Part shown: piece after piece, positions 26,206 to 37,622 of the stretch | How positions within the stretch are numbered: position 1 is the first letter of the stretch | Layout of the letters: every line of letters begins with the position of its first letter | Assembly: GCF_004010195.1 (NCBI RefSeq) | Contig: NC_057718.1 | Coordinates: 41,201,208 to 41,263,207 of the forward strand | Length of the DNA: 62,000 nt | Reading direction: 5' to 3' | DNA from: Chiloscyllium plagiosum | Taxonomy: Eukaryota | The notes under the pieces: generated by a model | Told to the model about the DNA's origin: nothing | Databases searched by the model: none | The model's input: only the letters and a program-made list of their open reading frames with translations | Program-made: the position numbers and the translations under genes

Positions 26206-27816
26206 TTTAAAATTTAAATTAAGTCTCAAAACTTCTCAGCATGGAATGTATAATAAGACAGCAAAATACTGCAGCTGGTGGAAATGTGAAATATAAACAG
26301 AAAATACTAGAAGTATTTAGCAGACCAGGCAATATATGCGAATAAAAAACAATATTATGAAATGATAATAGAAATAATAATATGAACATTAGTATGAATA
26401 AATAATGCTTCAGATCCTCAATCTGTTCTTATTCTAACAAAGTGTCACTAACCTCTGTCATTCTCTGCCAGGCATGCTGGGAATTTCCAATACTTCCTGT
26501 TTCTATTGGAGAAGGGAAAACCTGTTACCATCCCTGTGAAAATCAGTCAGTCTTCTTTTGTCATCCTTTCACACTCATTCAGCAAGAAAGCCCAGTGACT
26601 GCTGCCACAGATTTGGTTTGGTATAATGTTAAACATGAGTTTCAAAAAAATAAATAGGCATGGAGAAAACATAAACAACCTAAGCAAAAAAAAATCAAAA
26701 CAGTGAATTGATAATTTTCACAAAATGGATTCATGAAAGTGACTACAAATAAGTATCAAACCGCAGATTTAACTAGCAACATCTTTTTTTCATTTTCACT
26801 GAAGAAGCAGAGCTTGAAACACACTAGGCCACAAATCCTGGCCAGCAGAGACGTGAGTGAGGTTAATGAGTGACAGACAAATGAGGTGAAGCAACTATCA
26901 GGACCATGGGACACAATTGCCCGTCAGAGAGAGAATTCCTGAGGATGTCAGGACATAGGGTCAAAATGTCCTCTGTTAGGGCCATCCACTTAAACTATTG
27001 AGTTTAAGAAGGACCTGCTAATGTACAGGTGAGACACTAAGGCTTTCGTTGACTTCACCTTATGCACCTGTAGGATCTACCCAAGTCCAACTGAACAGTC
27101 CCAAATTCCAACCATTCTGGCCATCTAGTTTGATAGGGCTTTGGCAAATAAGCCTTGTCCCCTTTAATATTGTAGGTTCTGTTGATCAGCACCATATACA
27201 TCCTGCTGCCTGGACCCTGGGTTTGTGATGGAGATAACCATGTCCTTAATCTTAGACTTGGTTTACTTCAGTCTCATTAATAATGATCCAATCAGTTTCG
27301 TTATCTGCTCTACTCCACCAATAATCTGGATGTAGGCATGGTAAAGTAATTTTTATTCATTAAAAAATACAGAATTACAGGATAATGCAGAGAGTTGCTC
27401 CTCTCACAGTCTCCGCCTCAGCACCTCTGATGCTGCTTGGCCTGCTGTTTTTTCCAGCTCCACACTTTATCAACTCAAACCACTTATTTGAACTGGACGC
27501 ATTATGGAGAATTAACTGTTTTTCTTTAATATTCCTTTTTTTAAACTTATTAATCTTTTGGCTTTTGAAGTGTTACACTTGATTCAGTACTAGTGCTATC
27601 ACCCTTGTATCAGAAGATTGTGGGATCAATTCCCAAACTAAGGACTGTGGGCTAAATTTAATCTGCCATTCTGGTGAAATATTAAGGGGGATTTCTCATG
27701 TGCTACTGATAGGCCAGGCTTCATAAGCAGTACTGAAAAATTGAGAGATCCTTTAAGTTTTTCTCCTGATTGTAACTAGAATGCACCCACCTTTAAGAAA
27801 TAAAGTCTACCTTAAG

Positions 27817-29096
27817 TGTGGGGTCAGGTGACTCTTGGCCTCCATGACTGTTATAGAAATATTGACATTTTTTTCAGGAGCATGGAAAAAAATTTGAAAT
27901 GAGAAAGCCAAGCCTCGCCAGACTCTGCAATTTGCAAACTGTAGAGTTGGAACAGACAGTATTCGTGCAGCCAGGCCTTGGACAGTCAACTTCCTGTAAA
28001 AACCAGACACACCTGGAACTGCCTGACCAGGTGCTAGCAGCCATATTGTTTCAGAATGAATTGTTGTTTCCACCTCCAGTGAACCAGTTTTGTTAGTAGA
28101 ATGTGAGAGACTTGGTGGCGCCCAGTTCAGCAGGAGGCCAGAGGCACAGTGAGTCAAGACTTGACAGTCGAAGGTTCAAAACCATATTCTACAACCTCCA
28201 AATATGAGAATAGTCACCTCACTGGATCTTCTGGCCCCTGCCTGATGCTAGTATTAGATACAGGTCACAGAATCTTTGAGAAGAGCATGAAGAGAGGGCT
28301 AAAACGGGCAACCTGGAACCCTAGCTCACTCTGCTTTTTGCCCTTTTTCAATAGCATTTCCAGAGAGACCACCTTGGTGAGACGACCCAAAACCCAGAAC
28401 CAGACCTAGAGGAGAGAGGAAGCCCAAAACGACAACTGCAGATCCTGAAACATCAGCCAATCCTCAAAGACTGAGGAACTGTTTGTCCCAAAGGGTATTA
28501 CCAGTCCTTTGAGACAAACAGTACTAATACAGTGGCACAGATCTCTGGGTAGGGTGTAAGGCATCCTCAGATGCATGTGTCGGAAGTAGATAGCAAGTGT
28601 AAATCTGAGACTCTTAGCAATCTGGCAGCATCTGTGGAGAGAAAGCAGAGTTAACATTTTGGTGATGGTGAACAAGAAAAAAAGATTGGAATGGAAATCC
28701 TGTCGGAGAAAGGAGCAGGACTTCTTAAAGGTGGGGATACCCAGAAGCTTTTACTCACAAATGCCACCAGACCTTCTGATATTTTCCAGATTTGCTTTTT
28801 TTTTCCAGCATCTGCAGTTCATTCAGTTATTTATAGGTTTGAGATTGTTTACTTCAAGATTTAAGACTGCGTATTGAAGAGCCCTGTGAATAGATTGATA
28901 GAGTGTAATAGTACAACAATAGAGTCTGATAAATATCGTTTTTCCTTGCTAAAATGCTCTTTAAAATTGCGTTGAACCTGCCGCTGACTCTTGTCCCTTT
29001 TGTCAATCTCAATGTGTCATGCACGAGTCAAAAAGGGTTACTGCAAACTGGTCAAGGATGGTCAGGGCATATTACCAACTCTTTCACTTTACAGCA
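27817..29096 (+). repeat. 5' LTR
   Basis: Aligns with 32869-34873 (e.g. GGAACAGACAGTATTC.TGCAGCCAGGCC). Ends CTTTCACTTTACAGCA. Contains PLE-like remnants at ~28610-28820. Confidence 0.85.
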
Positions 29097-29097
29097 T

Positions 29098-29115
29098 TGG
29101 CATCCCTGTGGGTCC
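29098..29115 (+). promoter_or_regulatory. Primer-binding site, tRNA-Asn-like
   Basis: TGGCATCCCTGTGGGT just after the LTR, versus the tRNA-Asn complement TGGCGTCCCTGGGTGGG. Confidence 0.6.
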
Positions 29116-29249
29116 CGCCCTGGTAAATCAGACCACACTAAAATGGTAACCGACCAGACGTTGAGCAGAACCAGGTGCTCGCATCGTGAGATACACAAAC
29201 CTCAGATTTTGAGACACGAGCCCGAAAGAGGAAGATCAGGAAAATGCTA

Positions 29250-30514
29250 TGGCCACCAGTACAAATTAGGGAGGTGTCCCTAACAAAATATTTCAATAGG
29301 AGATCACCCAAGTGGGTAACATTTTGTGATAAACTAGCATTGGGTCTGTGATTCGAGGGCCAGAATCACTGGGAGGAAACTGTTCATTGATTAGGGAAAC
29401 ATTCTTCCAAAATAGTTAAAGCATTGGCCATTGCTACTAATATGGAACAGCTCTACAGTAAAGAAACAGAGATCTTAAATTTAAAGAAGTGTACAGAGGG
29501 CATGAGAAAAAAAAGCTAGCACCGGACAAGAAATCGAGAAGAAATTGGGGTCGAGAGAGGCAGAGATCCTAAGACTTCATAAGAACTCAGAGGGCGCTAG
29601 ATTCAGATCAGAAAGAATGAATTTAAATGATCTGGAGCAGCAGCATTGTGACCAAGCAAATCGAGTGCACACAGGGCAGTTTGAGAAAGTCTACCAGCAG
29701 GAGCAGCAGGCGATCAGGGATCATGATGCTACCCAGAGAAACGTGGCTGAGCTCACATAGCAGTGGAAAGATCTCCAAGCAGCAATCAGGATCCTGCAGC
29801 AAGCAGGTGAAGAAAATAAAGCCCACACTGCTGATCATTGAAAGTGCCAGAGTAGGATCGACAGACTGCAATCAGTACTGTCAGAGCAGAAGGACCTTCG
29901 GCCCTGTGGGAGTCCTGGGGGATAGTGCCCACGTCGTAGACAAGGAGGGAATGGAAGGGGATACACACCGGTATGCTGCTTGAATAGTGAATGGAGACTC
30001 CCACCTCTCTTTTCGGAATTACCTGAACACCCTACACACTGTAGACCCCTACCTTCTGCACCTCCACATCCTGCTCCCATCCCAGTGCAGCCTCCCATCC
30101 CAGTGCAGCCTCCCATCCCAGTACAGCCTCCCATCCCAGTACAGCCTCCCATTCCGGTGCAGCCTCCCACCCAGTTCAATCTCCTGTCCCAGTACAGTCT
30201 CCTGTCCCAGTACAGTCTCCTGTTCCAGTACAGTCTCCTGTCCCAGTGCAGCCTCCTGCGCTACTAGACCTTCCCACCTGAAGCAACTTGAACCCCTTCC
30301 TGCTCCCGTTCCAATGAACCCAAACCCTGCACACCCCAACCCTGCACATCTTAGTCCCATCGGCCAACACCAGGGTCCAGGCTGGCAGAGTGAAGGAAGT
30401 GGCTACTACAGGAGTTATCCACCCAGATGTCCCTCTCACAGAGAGGTAGGGTCCCACAACAGGGTGATCCAAGATAGCAGCCACCGCAGGGAGAAGGTTA
30501 TAGTTGTGGCTTAA
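29250..30514 (+). pseudogene. gag-like remnant (coiled-coil N-terminus, Pro-rich linker with PSAP)
   Basis: Stop-interrupted frame ...EAEILRLHKN...QFEKVYQQEQQAIRDH...WKDLQAAIRILQQ...RIDRLQSVL. PSAP at 30052-30063. Lies directly after the PBS/leader. Confidence 0.55.
30075..30258 (+). repeat. 18-bp tandem repeats in the gag-like region
   Basis: About 5 copies of CCCATCCCAGT(G/A)CAGCCT, then about 4 copies of CTCCTGTCCCAGTACAGT. Confidence 0.9.
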
Positions 30515-30734
30515 CAGACCACTTTGTTGGAGGTTGTCGGCCATCCCATCAACAATTGCCACAACAGACACCCTGACCCTAGCCACTAGAGGGACTGGAG
30601 AGGTGAGCCATGAACTTTAGTGGGAGAGATGACACACTCCATTCCCATGTGTCCTCAATTGGATACACATCGCAGAACATGACTGCCAAGCCTCAACACA
30701 CATGCCAAGTGGGGGGTAGTGTAGGGCATCCCCT

Positions 30735-32230
30735 AGTAGACATATCCAAAACTCAACTGCCAGAGTGATGAACCCCCTCCCCCCAAAAAAATAACTTCAG
30801 AAAATGTACCCACATTTAACATGTTGATTACTGGGATGGGAAATGGGAATTGATATGGGTAAGGCTGGTGAAGGGCTTTTGCCCGAAACGTCGATTTTGC
30901 CTGTCCTCGGATGCTGCCTGAATTGCTGTGCTCTTCCAGCACCACTGATCCAGAAAATGGGTAAGGCTGGACCCAGGCCAGCAAAACACAGCAGAAGAGA
31001 CATAATTAACAATTTGGCAAGAGGTTACAGAACAGGAGGATCCACAGTCGATACCCTTGAATTTGCTAATTAGGACAAGAAGCTCAAGATTTTAACCCAA
31101 CAAATTAAACCAGCCTTGGAGAAAATCAATCAAGACAATCAGTTAGATGCTGGAATGGAATTGAAGGAAAATTAGGCTAACCAATACTTGGGAATGGTGC
31201 TAGAAGGGCACACTGGGACAATAAATGAAATCATCCAAGGGAAAAAAGATGATGACAACAGGTAATAGAATCGAACTCTGTCGGTAATGGAGGATAGAAC
31301 AGTTGAGGGAAAATCTCAAGCAGACTGGCCAAGGGCAGGTCCCATCTTGCTTCAGTAGTGAGTAAATTGAATACTTGGGAAGGCATGCCTAAATATTTTG
31401 AATTGTCAATTATGACAATGAAACAAGGCCTGGTGTAACAATTACTGTAAGATGACCCCAGGAAATGTTTTAGTCATGGTACTAAGGATCCCAATCATAA
31501 TGCAGAGTGAAGAAACGTTAAGAGTCTTTGCAGTTGAAAATATCAGCATTATCCAAGAGGGAATGTGGTTAGAGTATGATGACACCCTACCGTACACTGT
31601 TCAAAAAGGGGAAAGGTTTATATGGACTACTCAGGGTAAATGTCAGAAATCGGACACATAATTGTGTGCTCCCTTCTGTGTATTTAAACAAACTTGCCTT
31701 CTGTGGCTTTCAGACAACTACTAAAGTCCAGCACCTGGACACTCACAATACCCAAGTGGTGTTTGGGGAGAGGGAGAATACTGCATCACAACTTCCCTAA
31801 AACGCTATCAGTATGGAACCTTCACCTGTGATCTCCACAACACCACTTTCTGCATTAGGTCCTAGACAGGATAGGCCTAACTGAACTCAGAGACACACAC
31901 ATGAGAAGTTTATTAATGCCAAAGACAAACTCCAATGGACTTTAGGAGATTTATTTGGAGAGATATGACACTGGTATTGAACTTGTACCAGAAAAATTAC
32001 AATAGATTTGGACATAATTGGTTAACGCACACAAAACTTTCATCCAATGGGCAGCACAAGTACAAAAAGACTTTGAAGAAATTGAAGTCAATAATTGGTC
32101 ATATGACTTGTGGAATTGGAGCATAAATGTACAAATCCACCCTTGGTTCACCTTCTATCACACTTTGCTGTGTTGTTCATTCTTTTTGCTTTAATATTTA
32201 ACGATTTGAGCAGTTAAATTTTTGAAGTGG
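30735..32230 (+). pseudogene. Decayed class-I fusion envelope gene (F-protein-like / lokiretrovirus-like env)
   Basis: In order: KHSRR|DIINNLARGYRTGGSTVDTLEF (cleavage site and fusion peptide); heptads KKLKILTQQIKPALEKIN; ENLKQTGQGQVPS; VLVMVLRIPII..LRVFAVENI; Cys-rich FCGF..GEYCITT..FTCDL..FCI; HR2 AQVQKDFEEIEV; W-rich NNWSYDLWNW; TM HLLSHFAVLFILFALIF. Confidence 0.65.
30869..30956 (+). mobile_element. 88-bp PLE-terminus insert in env
   Basis: Exact 14-bp TSD ATGGGTAAGGCTGG (30855-30868 / 30957-30970). Contains TGAAGGGCTTTTGCCCGAAACGTCGATT. Confidence 0.85.
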
Positions 32231-32458
32231 AAATTGGAACTCACTGAGTTCCTGATGTAGAAATGATGCTGAGTGAGCACGAGCAGAGAGCCCTGCTGAG
32301 CCAATGTCGGGTACCGTAATCTATCATGTATAAGATCCCAGACAACTTGTAAACAATTTGATCACCACTGTGCCATGTATAGAGTTATTTGTACAATTAA
32401 AGGAGCAACAAATGAATGGTTTTCTTAATGCTTTGTTGTCCTCTTTCTATTTTATTAC

Positions 32459-32786
32459 CAGTATCATCATAAGATATGTATATGGACCCTTCGAACAGTA
32501 TCATCGTAAGATAGTGTAGGTATATGGACTCTTCAAACACTATCATCATAGGTTAGTGTAGGTATATGAACTCTTCAAACAGTATCATCGTAAGGTAGTG
32601 TATATATATCGACTCTTCAAATAGTGTCATCGTAAGATAGTGCAGGTATATAGACCCTTTCACAGTGTGATCATAAGATAGGGTGGGGATATGGACCTTT
32701 CAAACAGTATCATCATAAAATAGTGTATGTATATGGACCTTTTGAACAGTATCATCATAAGATAGTGTAGGTATATGGAACTTTCA
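32459..32786 (+). repeat. 42-bp minisatellite (8 copies) in the proviral 3' untranslated region
   Basis: Unit CAGTATCATC(A/G)TAAGATAGTGTAGGTATATGGAC(T/C)CTTCAAA. Confidence 0.9.
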
Positions 32787-32859
32787 CCTGGAAAGCTAGT
32801 AGTTACCTCTGCAATGGGTTAGGCAGTGATCCAACTCACTTAACACTCGCCAAATCAAC

Positions 32860-32867
32860 AGGAGGGG
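32860..32867 (+). promoter_or_regulatory. Polypurine tract
   Basis: AGGAGGGG ends one base before the 3' LTR start TG at 32869. Confidence 0.7.
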
Positions 32868-33306
32868 CTGTGCTCAGGTGACCCATGACCTCCAGAATTG
32901 TTACAGAAACATTGGCTGTTTTTCAGGAGTGTGGGTAAAAGCTTGAAATATGGATGCCAAGTATACACCTAGCTAGACTCTACATTTTGCAAACTGCAGA
33001 GCTGGAACAGACAGTATTCTTGCAGCCAGGCCATGAACAATCAACTTCTTGTCAAAACCTGACTGGCCTGGAGGTGCCTGGCCAGGTGCTGCCTGGCCAG
33101 GTGCTGCAGCCATATTGTTTTAGGAGGAACTGTTGTTTCCACCTCCAGTATACCTGCTTTGTTAAAAAGAATGCTATGCAGACTTGGCAGCACCAGCTCA
33201 GTAGGAGGCCAGAGGCATAATATGACAAGGACAGCCCTTGACAATTGAAGGTTCAGAACCATGTTCTGTGACTCCAGATATGGAAGGTAGCCACCTCATT
33301 GCATCT

Positions 33307-33960
33307 AGGCAAAAGTGAGGACTGCAGATGCTGGAAACCAGAGTTTAGGTCAGAGTGGTGCTGGAAAAGCACAGCAGGTCAGGCAGCATCTGAGGAGCAG
33401 GAAAATCGACGTTTCAGGCAAAAGCACCACCCTGTGGCCCAACATTTCAACTCCACCTCCCACTCTGCCGAGGACATGCAGGTCCTGGGCCTCCTCCAAT
33501 GCCTCTCCCTCACCACTCAATGCCTAGAGGAAGAATGCCTCATCTTCTGCCTCGGAGCACTTCAACCCCAGGGCATCAATGTGGACTTCACCAGTTTCTT
33601 CATTTCCCCTCCCCCCACTTTACCCGTCCAGGAAGGGGAGGGAGGTGTCAGAGATGGTCCAGGTGAATTTAAGGTCAGGGTGGAATGTGCCTATCACCTC
33701 CATCCCCACCCCCATTCACCTATTGTACTCTTTTCTACGTTCCCTCACCCTCGCCTCTGACCTATCACCTCCATCCCCACCCCCATTCACCTGTTGTACT
33801 CTTTGCTGCCTTCTGCCCAGCTCCCTGCCCCATTTATCTCTCCAACCTGGAGGCTTCCTGTCTCTATTCCTGATGAAGGGCTTTTGCCGAAACGTCGATT
33901 TTCCTGCTCCTCGGATGCTGCCTGACCTGCTGTGCTTTTCCAGCGCCACTCTTGTCTAAT
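33307..33960 (+). mobile_element. Truncated Penelope-like element with inverted terminus, inside the 3' LTR
   Basis: HPVAQHFNSTSH...LEEECLIFCLGALQPQGINVDF. TSD CTCATTG(C/A)ATCT at 33295-33306 / 33961-33972. Absent from the 5' LTR. Confidence 0.85.
33866..33900 (+). ncRNA. Minimal PLE-type hammerhead ribozyme motif
   Basis: ATTC-CTGATGA-AGGGCTTTTGCC-GAAAC-GTC-GATT. Confidence 0.6.
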
Positions 33961-34370
33961 CTCATTGAATCTTCCTGCCCCCACCCGATGCTAGTATTAG
34001 CACAGACCACAGAATCTTCAAGATGGGCATGAAGAGGGGATAAAAGGGACAATCTGGAGCCTCAACTCACTCTGCTTTTTGTTCTTTCTTCAACAGCACC
34101 TCCAAAGCACCACTTTGGTGAGATGATCTGAAAACCAGAACAAGACCGACATGAAAGGGGAAGCTCAAATCAACAACTGCAAATCCTGAAACATCAACCA
34201 ACCCTCAAAGACCACATAACAACCTACCCTGGCCTTTTTGAATGAGTTTTATGAGTCCTCTCAGACAACCAGCGCAAATATAATGTTAGGGATCTGTGAA
34301 GAGTGTGTGGTGAATCCTTCAAAGCATGTGACTGAAGTAGATAACTGGTGTAGATTTGAGATTACTTTTA

Positions 34371-34681
34371 GGTGGCTCAGTGCTTAGCACTGCTGCCTCA
34401 CAGCACCAGGGTCCCAGGTTTAATTCCAGCCTCGGGTGACTGTCTGTGTGGAGTTTGCACATTCTCTCCGTGTCTGCGTGGGTTTCCTCTGGGTGCTCTG
34501 ATTTCCTCCCACAGTCCAAAGATGTGCAGGTCAGGTGAATTGGTCATGCTAAATTGCCCCTAGTGTTAGGTGCATGAGTCAGAGGGAAATGGGTCTGGGT
34601 GGGTTACTCTTCGGAGGGTCTATGTGGACTGGTTGGGCTGAAGGGCCTGTTTCCACACTGTAGAGAATCTAATCTAATCTA
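34371..34681 (+). mobile_element. HE1-type SINE in the 3' LTR
   Basis: Head, core and (AATCT)3 tail present. Absent from the 5' LTR. Confidence 0.9.
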
Positions 34682-36869
34682 TTTAGAGATTGAAGACTGT
34701 TTACTAAAGAGTCCTGTGAAACGGTTGATAGAGTTTAATTGTTCTTCCTTGATAAGTGTTGAATAAATTTCTGTTGGAGTTTCACCTGTCTGTTGTTCTC
34801 TTGACTCTCTCTTCTGCACAGGTTACTGTAATGTTAGTCAGAATACATTTATCCATCCTTTCACTTTACAACATCAAGAGCACATGATATTTAGCACCCT
34901 CAAACTGGCATGCAGCAAATGAATAATGTGGGTCGTGCTGGCTTCAGTTCTCATGTATAATAATAAGACGTCATTGCCAATTTCATCTGGTCCCCACTCG
35001 GAGCAAAATCCTAAAATGAACCGATATTTTACTAAGTATTATCACAACCTAAAAGAGTCACCATGAAATATTTTTATGCAGTTCAGTGGGTTCTGTTGCC
35101 TTGTATTAGGAATATAATACAAAATCTTGCAAAAACACCAAAGAAAGTAGAGATTAAATCTTTTCTTTGGAAGAATGCCCACAGACTCTGCGGGATATAC
35201 AGAAAGCAAACTTCTAAAATTGCCAGTGCACCATTGTCTGGTTGTCTTTGCTTTAAAATTTAATCCTATTGTTTTTAATGCTTAAGTAGCATTACATAGC
35301 TGATATTATTCCCAATGTTCAAAACAAGCAACAGCAAAGATATCGACTTAAGTATATCAATGCCAACAGCATTATGTTCAACATTGGTTTTGTAAACGGT
35401 TCAAAATATCAGAAAATGGTTGACTTGTTTCAGTAACGGGGTCGTCCATTTTCAAATAACTGGCTCAGTTGGAGTTTTGAATCCAGCGGTGCTAAATGTT
35501 TACCACTGAACTAATCCCATCGCAGAAAATGTGACATGGCATTAACACCATCGAATCAACCTTTAACAGCAGGAGTACAATTTTCCTCTTCGCACTAAAT
35601 CATGGTAAAACTACTGACATTTAGAAAATAGGGCCCCATAGTATTTCATCAGATCAAATTGGAAAGAAATTCCATTCTCCACCTTTGTCACATCTCACCC
35701 TATAAAAACCTTGCAAGGATTATTTTGTAAATGTAAGCTTTTAATGCACTTAAAGGTTTCAGCTTCCAGGTTCTTTAGACGATATTTATCCCATATGGAT
35801 TTTATGCAATTAGTTGAACAGGAAACAGTTGTTGCATTCTGTAGTTAGAAACCATTTCCTTTTGTTAAATATTATTTTCCTATTAGTAGTCAGCAGAGTA
35901 GCTCATAGGACTTCAGTGTCAGTGCAAAAAGAAGGACTGTAATTTTGATTGCATACAGTACAACTTTTATTTAAAAACCCCTCATGGCCTATTCACTGAT
36001 ATTCAGTGGTCGTATAATTAGATGTCGTAACAGGCACCATTTGTAAGCTGTGGTTTATCTTGTTAATGTAATCCTGACTTATGTTGCCAACAAAAATGTG
36101 CACCTTTATTGCTGGACTTTTGACACTGCTACTATGTACATTCAGACCAGATATGGAGATATTTCCCACCCCACCATTCCAACTCCCATTCCCTCTTAAT
36201 AAAACAGAAATACAGCATCTTGTGATATATAGCCCTGATATAGAAATCCCATCTCAGTTTCAGTAAATGCAGTTGAATAAAAATGAGTAATTGATAAATT
36301 GGCAGTACTCAATGCTCTCCTTGGTGACCTATTAGAAAAAAGTATCTGAGCTTTTAGTTTTTCTTTGTGTATATAAAATATTACAATCATTCTATCACTT
36401 TCTCTCAACATTTACCACTAACATTCCTACATCTCCGCTAATAGCATCAGTTTCAAGGGGTATTGTATCATGCAGATAGAATTATACTGGAAAAAAATGG
36501 AACACAGTGTGCAACCCCATATTGGCATGGTAGACTGCAACAGATTAATTATGCCAAAACATTACTCACACTAGAGATAGACCTCTCCTTCGCAGATTGT
36601 CCAATGCGTTCATCTTAAAAGCTGTTGTACTGTGTTGGACCTGTATTCCAGTTACCCCAATACTCTCAGTGGCATGCTTTTGACCAATTCTAGTTCCTAT
36701 TAATGACCCTTAACAAATTTAACTTTCTACAAAGCCCTCCAAACTGTTTACCATTTAAACTTGGTGCAGTGATATCTTTGTGGATGCTTGTTGTAATTTG
36801 AAGATCCGAGCGTGCACGCTGGTAAGCCTAAATTGCTTTGCCCCATTCAAAGGGAAGGCATATTTCTGT

Positions 36870-37310
36870 GGAGTAGAACATACAGGAGTTGTGAACTAAA
36901 TGCAGAAGGCAGGGAGGCACGATGGTTGTAAGGAATATTTCAGCATAGTAGCAGCTTGTGGCTGTAGGGAAACTAAAGCTTCAACAGGGCTGGACAGAGT
37001 CGGGAGAAGCAGTTCCTGCTCATAAAAGGAAGGAGAACGAGAAGGCATAGATTTGAAATGATGTGCAAATGAAACAAGGATGATGTGTTTAAATAAAACC
37101 TTTTTGCACAGCCAGTAGTTAGGGTATGGAATGCAAGGCCTGGAAATGTCGTGGGTGCAAGTTCAGTTGAAGCATTCAGGAGGGCATTGGATGAAGATTT
37201 GAATAGAAATGGTGTGTAGAATTATAAGGAAAAGGTAGGTGATTGCCCAAGGTAAAAGAACCAGTGCAGGCAAGATGGGCAGAATGATCTTCTGCGCCAT
37301 AATAATTCTG
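36870..37310 (+). mobile_element. Old CR1 3' fragment
   Basis: GAAGGCATAGATTTGAAATG...GTAGTTAGGGTATGGAATGC...CATTCAGGAGGGCATTGGATG pattern. Confidence 0.6.
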
Positions 37311-37622
37311 CTGTAGAGTGAACAGGAAACTGGGCTGTTTGGGGTAAGGTGGTGATGAGACCCTTCCTGTTTGCTATCTACACTAACACCTTGAATGTGA
37401 ATGTCAAAGGTAAAATTGGTAAGTTTGTAGATGACAAGAAAATTAGTGGTGCTGTTGATGGAGAGGAGAATGATTTAAGACTGCACTCTGATATTGATCA
37501 GCTGGTAAATTGGGCAAAGGGATAGCAGGTGGAATGTAATCCTGATAAGTGTGAACTGATGCATTTTGGGAGGTCAAATAAGGGAACGACATGCACAATG
37601 AATGGTAGGTCCCTAGGGAGTA

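Larger units (their letters stand above)
27817..34873 (+). mobile_element. Endogenous retrovirus-like provirus (LTR-gag-env-LTR, no pol)
   Basis: Paired LTRs with TG...CA ends. TSD TTAAG (27812-16) / TCAAG (34874-78). PBS at 29098, PPT at 32860. Decayed gag-like and env-like frames. Confidence 0.85.
32869..34873 (+). repeat. 3' LTR containing later PLE and HE1 insertions
   Basis: Starts TGTGCTCAGGTGAC, ends CTTTCACTTTACAACA. TATA-like GATAAAAG near 34039, AATAAA at 34762. Confidence 0.85.

Noticed and set aside
29835..30586. Minus-strand ORFs with GGCTGM / GTGDCT repeats
   Set aside because: Antisense readings of the 18-bp tandem repeat.
32459..32786. CRISPR-like array
   Set aside because: Head-to-tail degenerate units with no unique spacers, no cas genes and a eukaryotic context.
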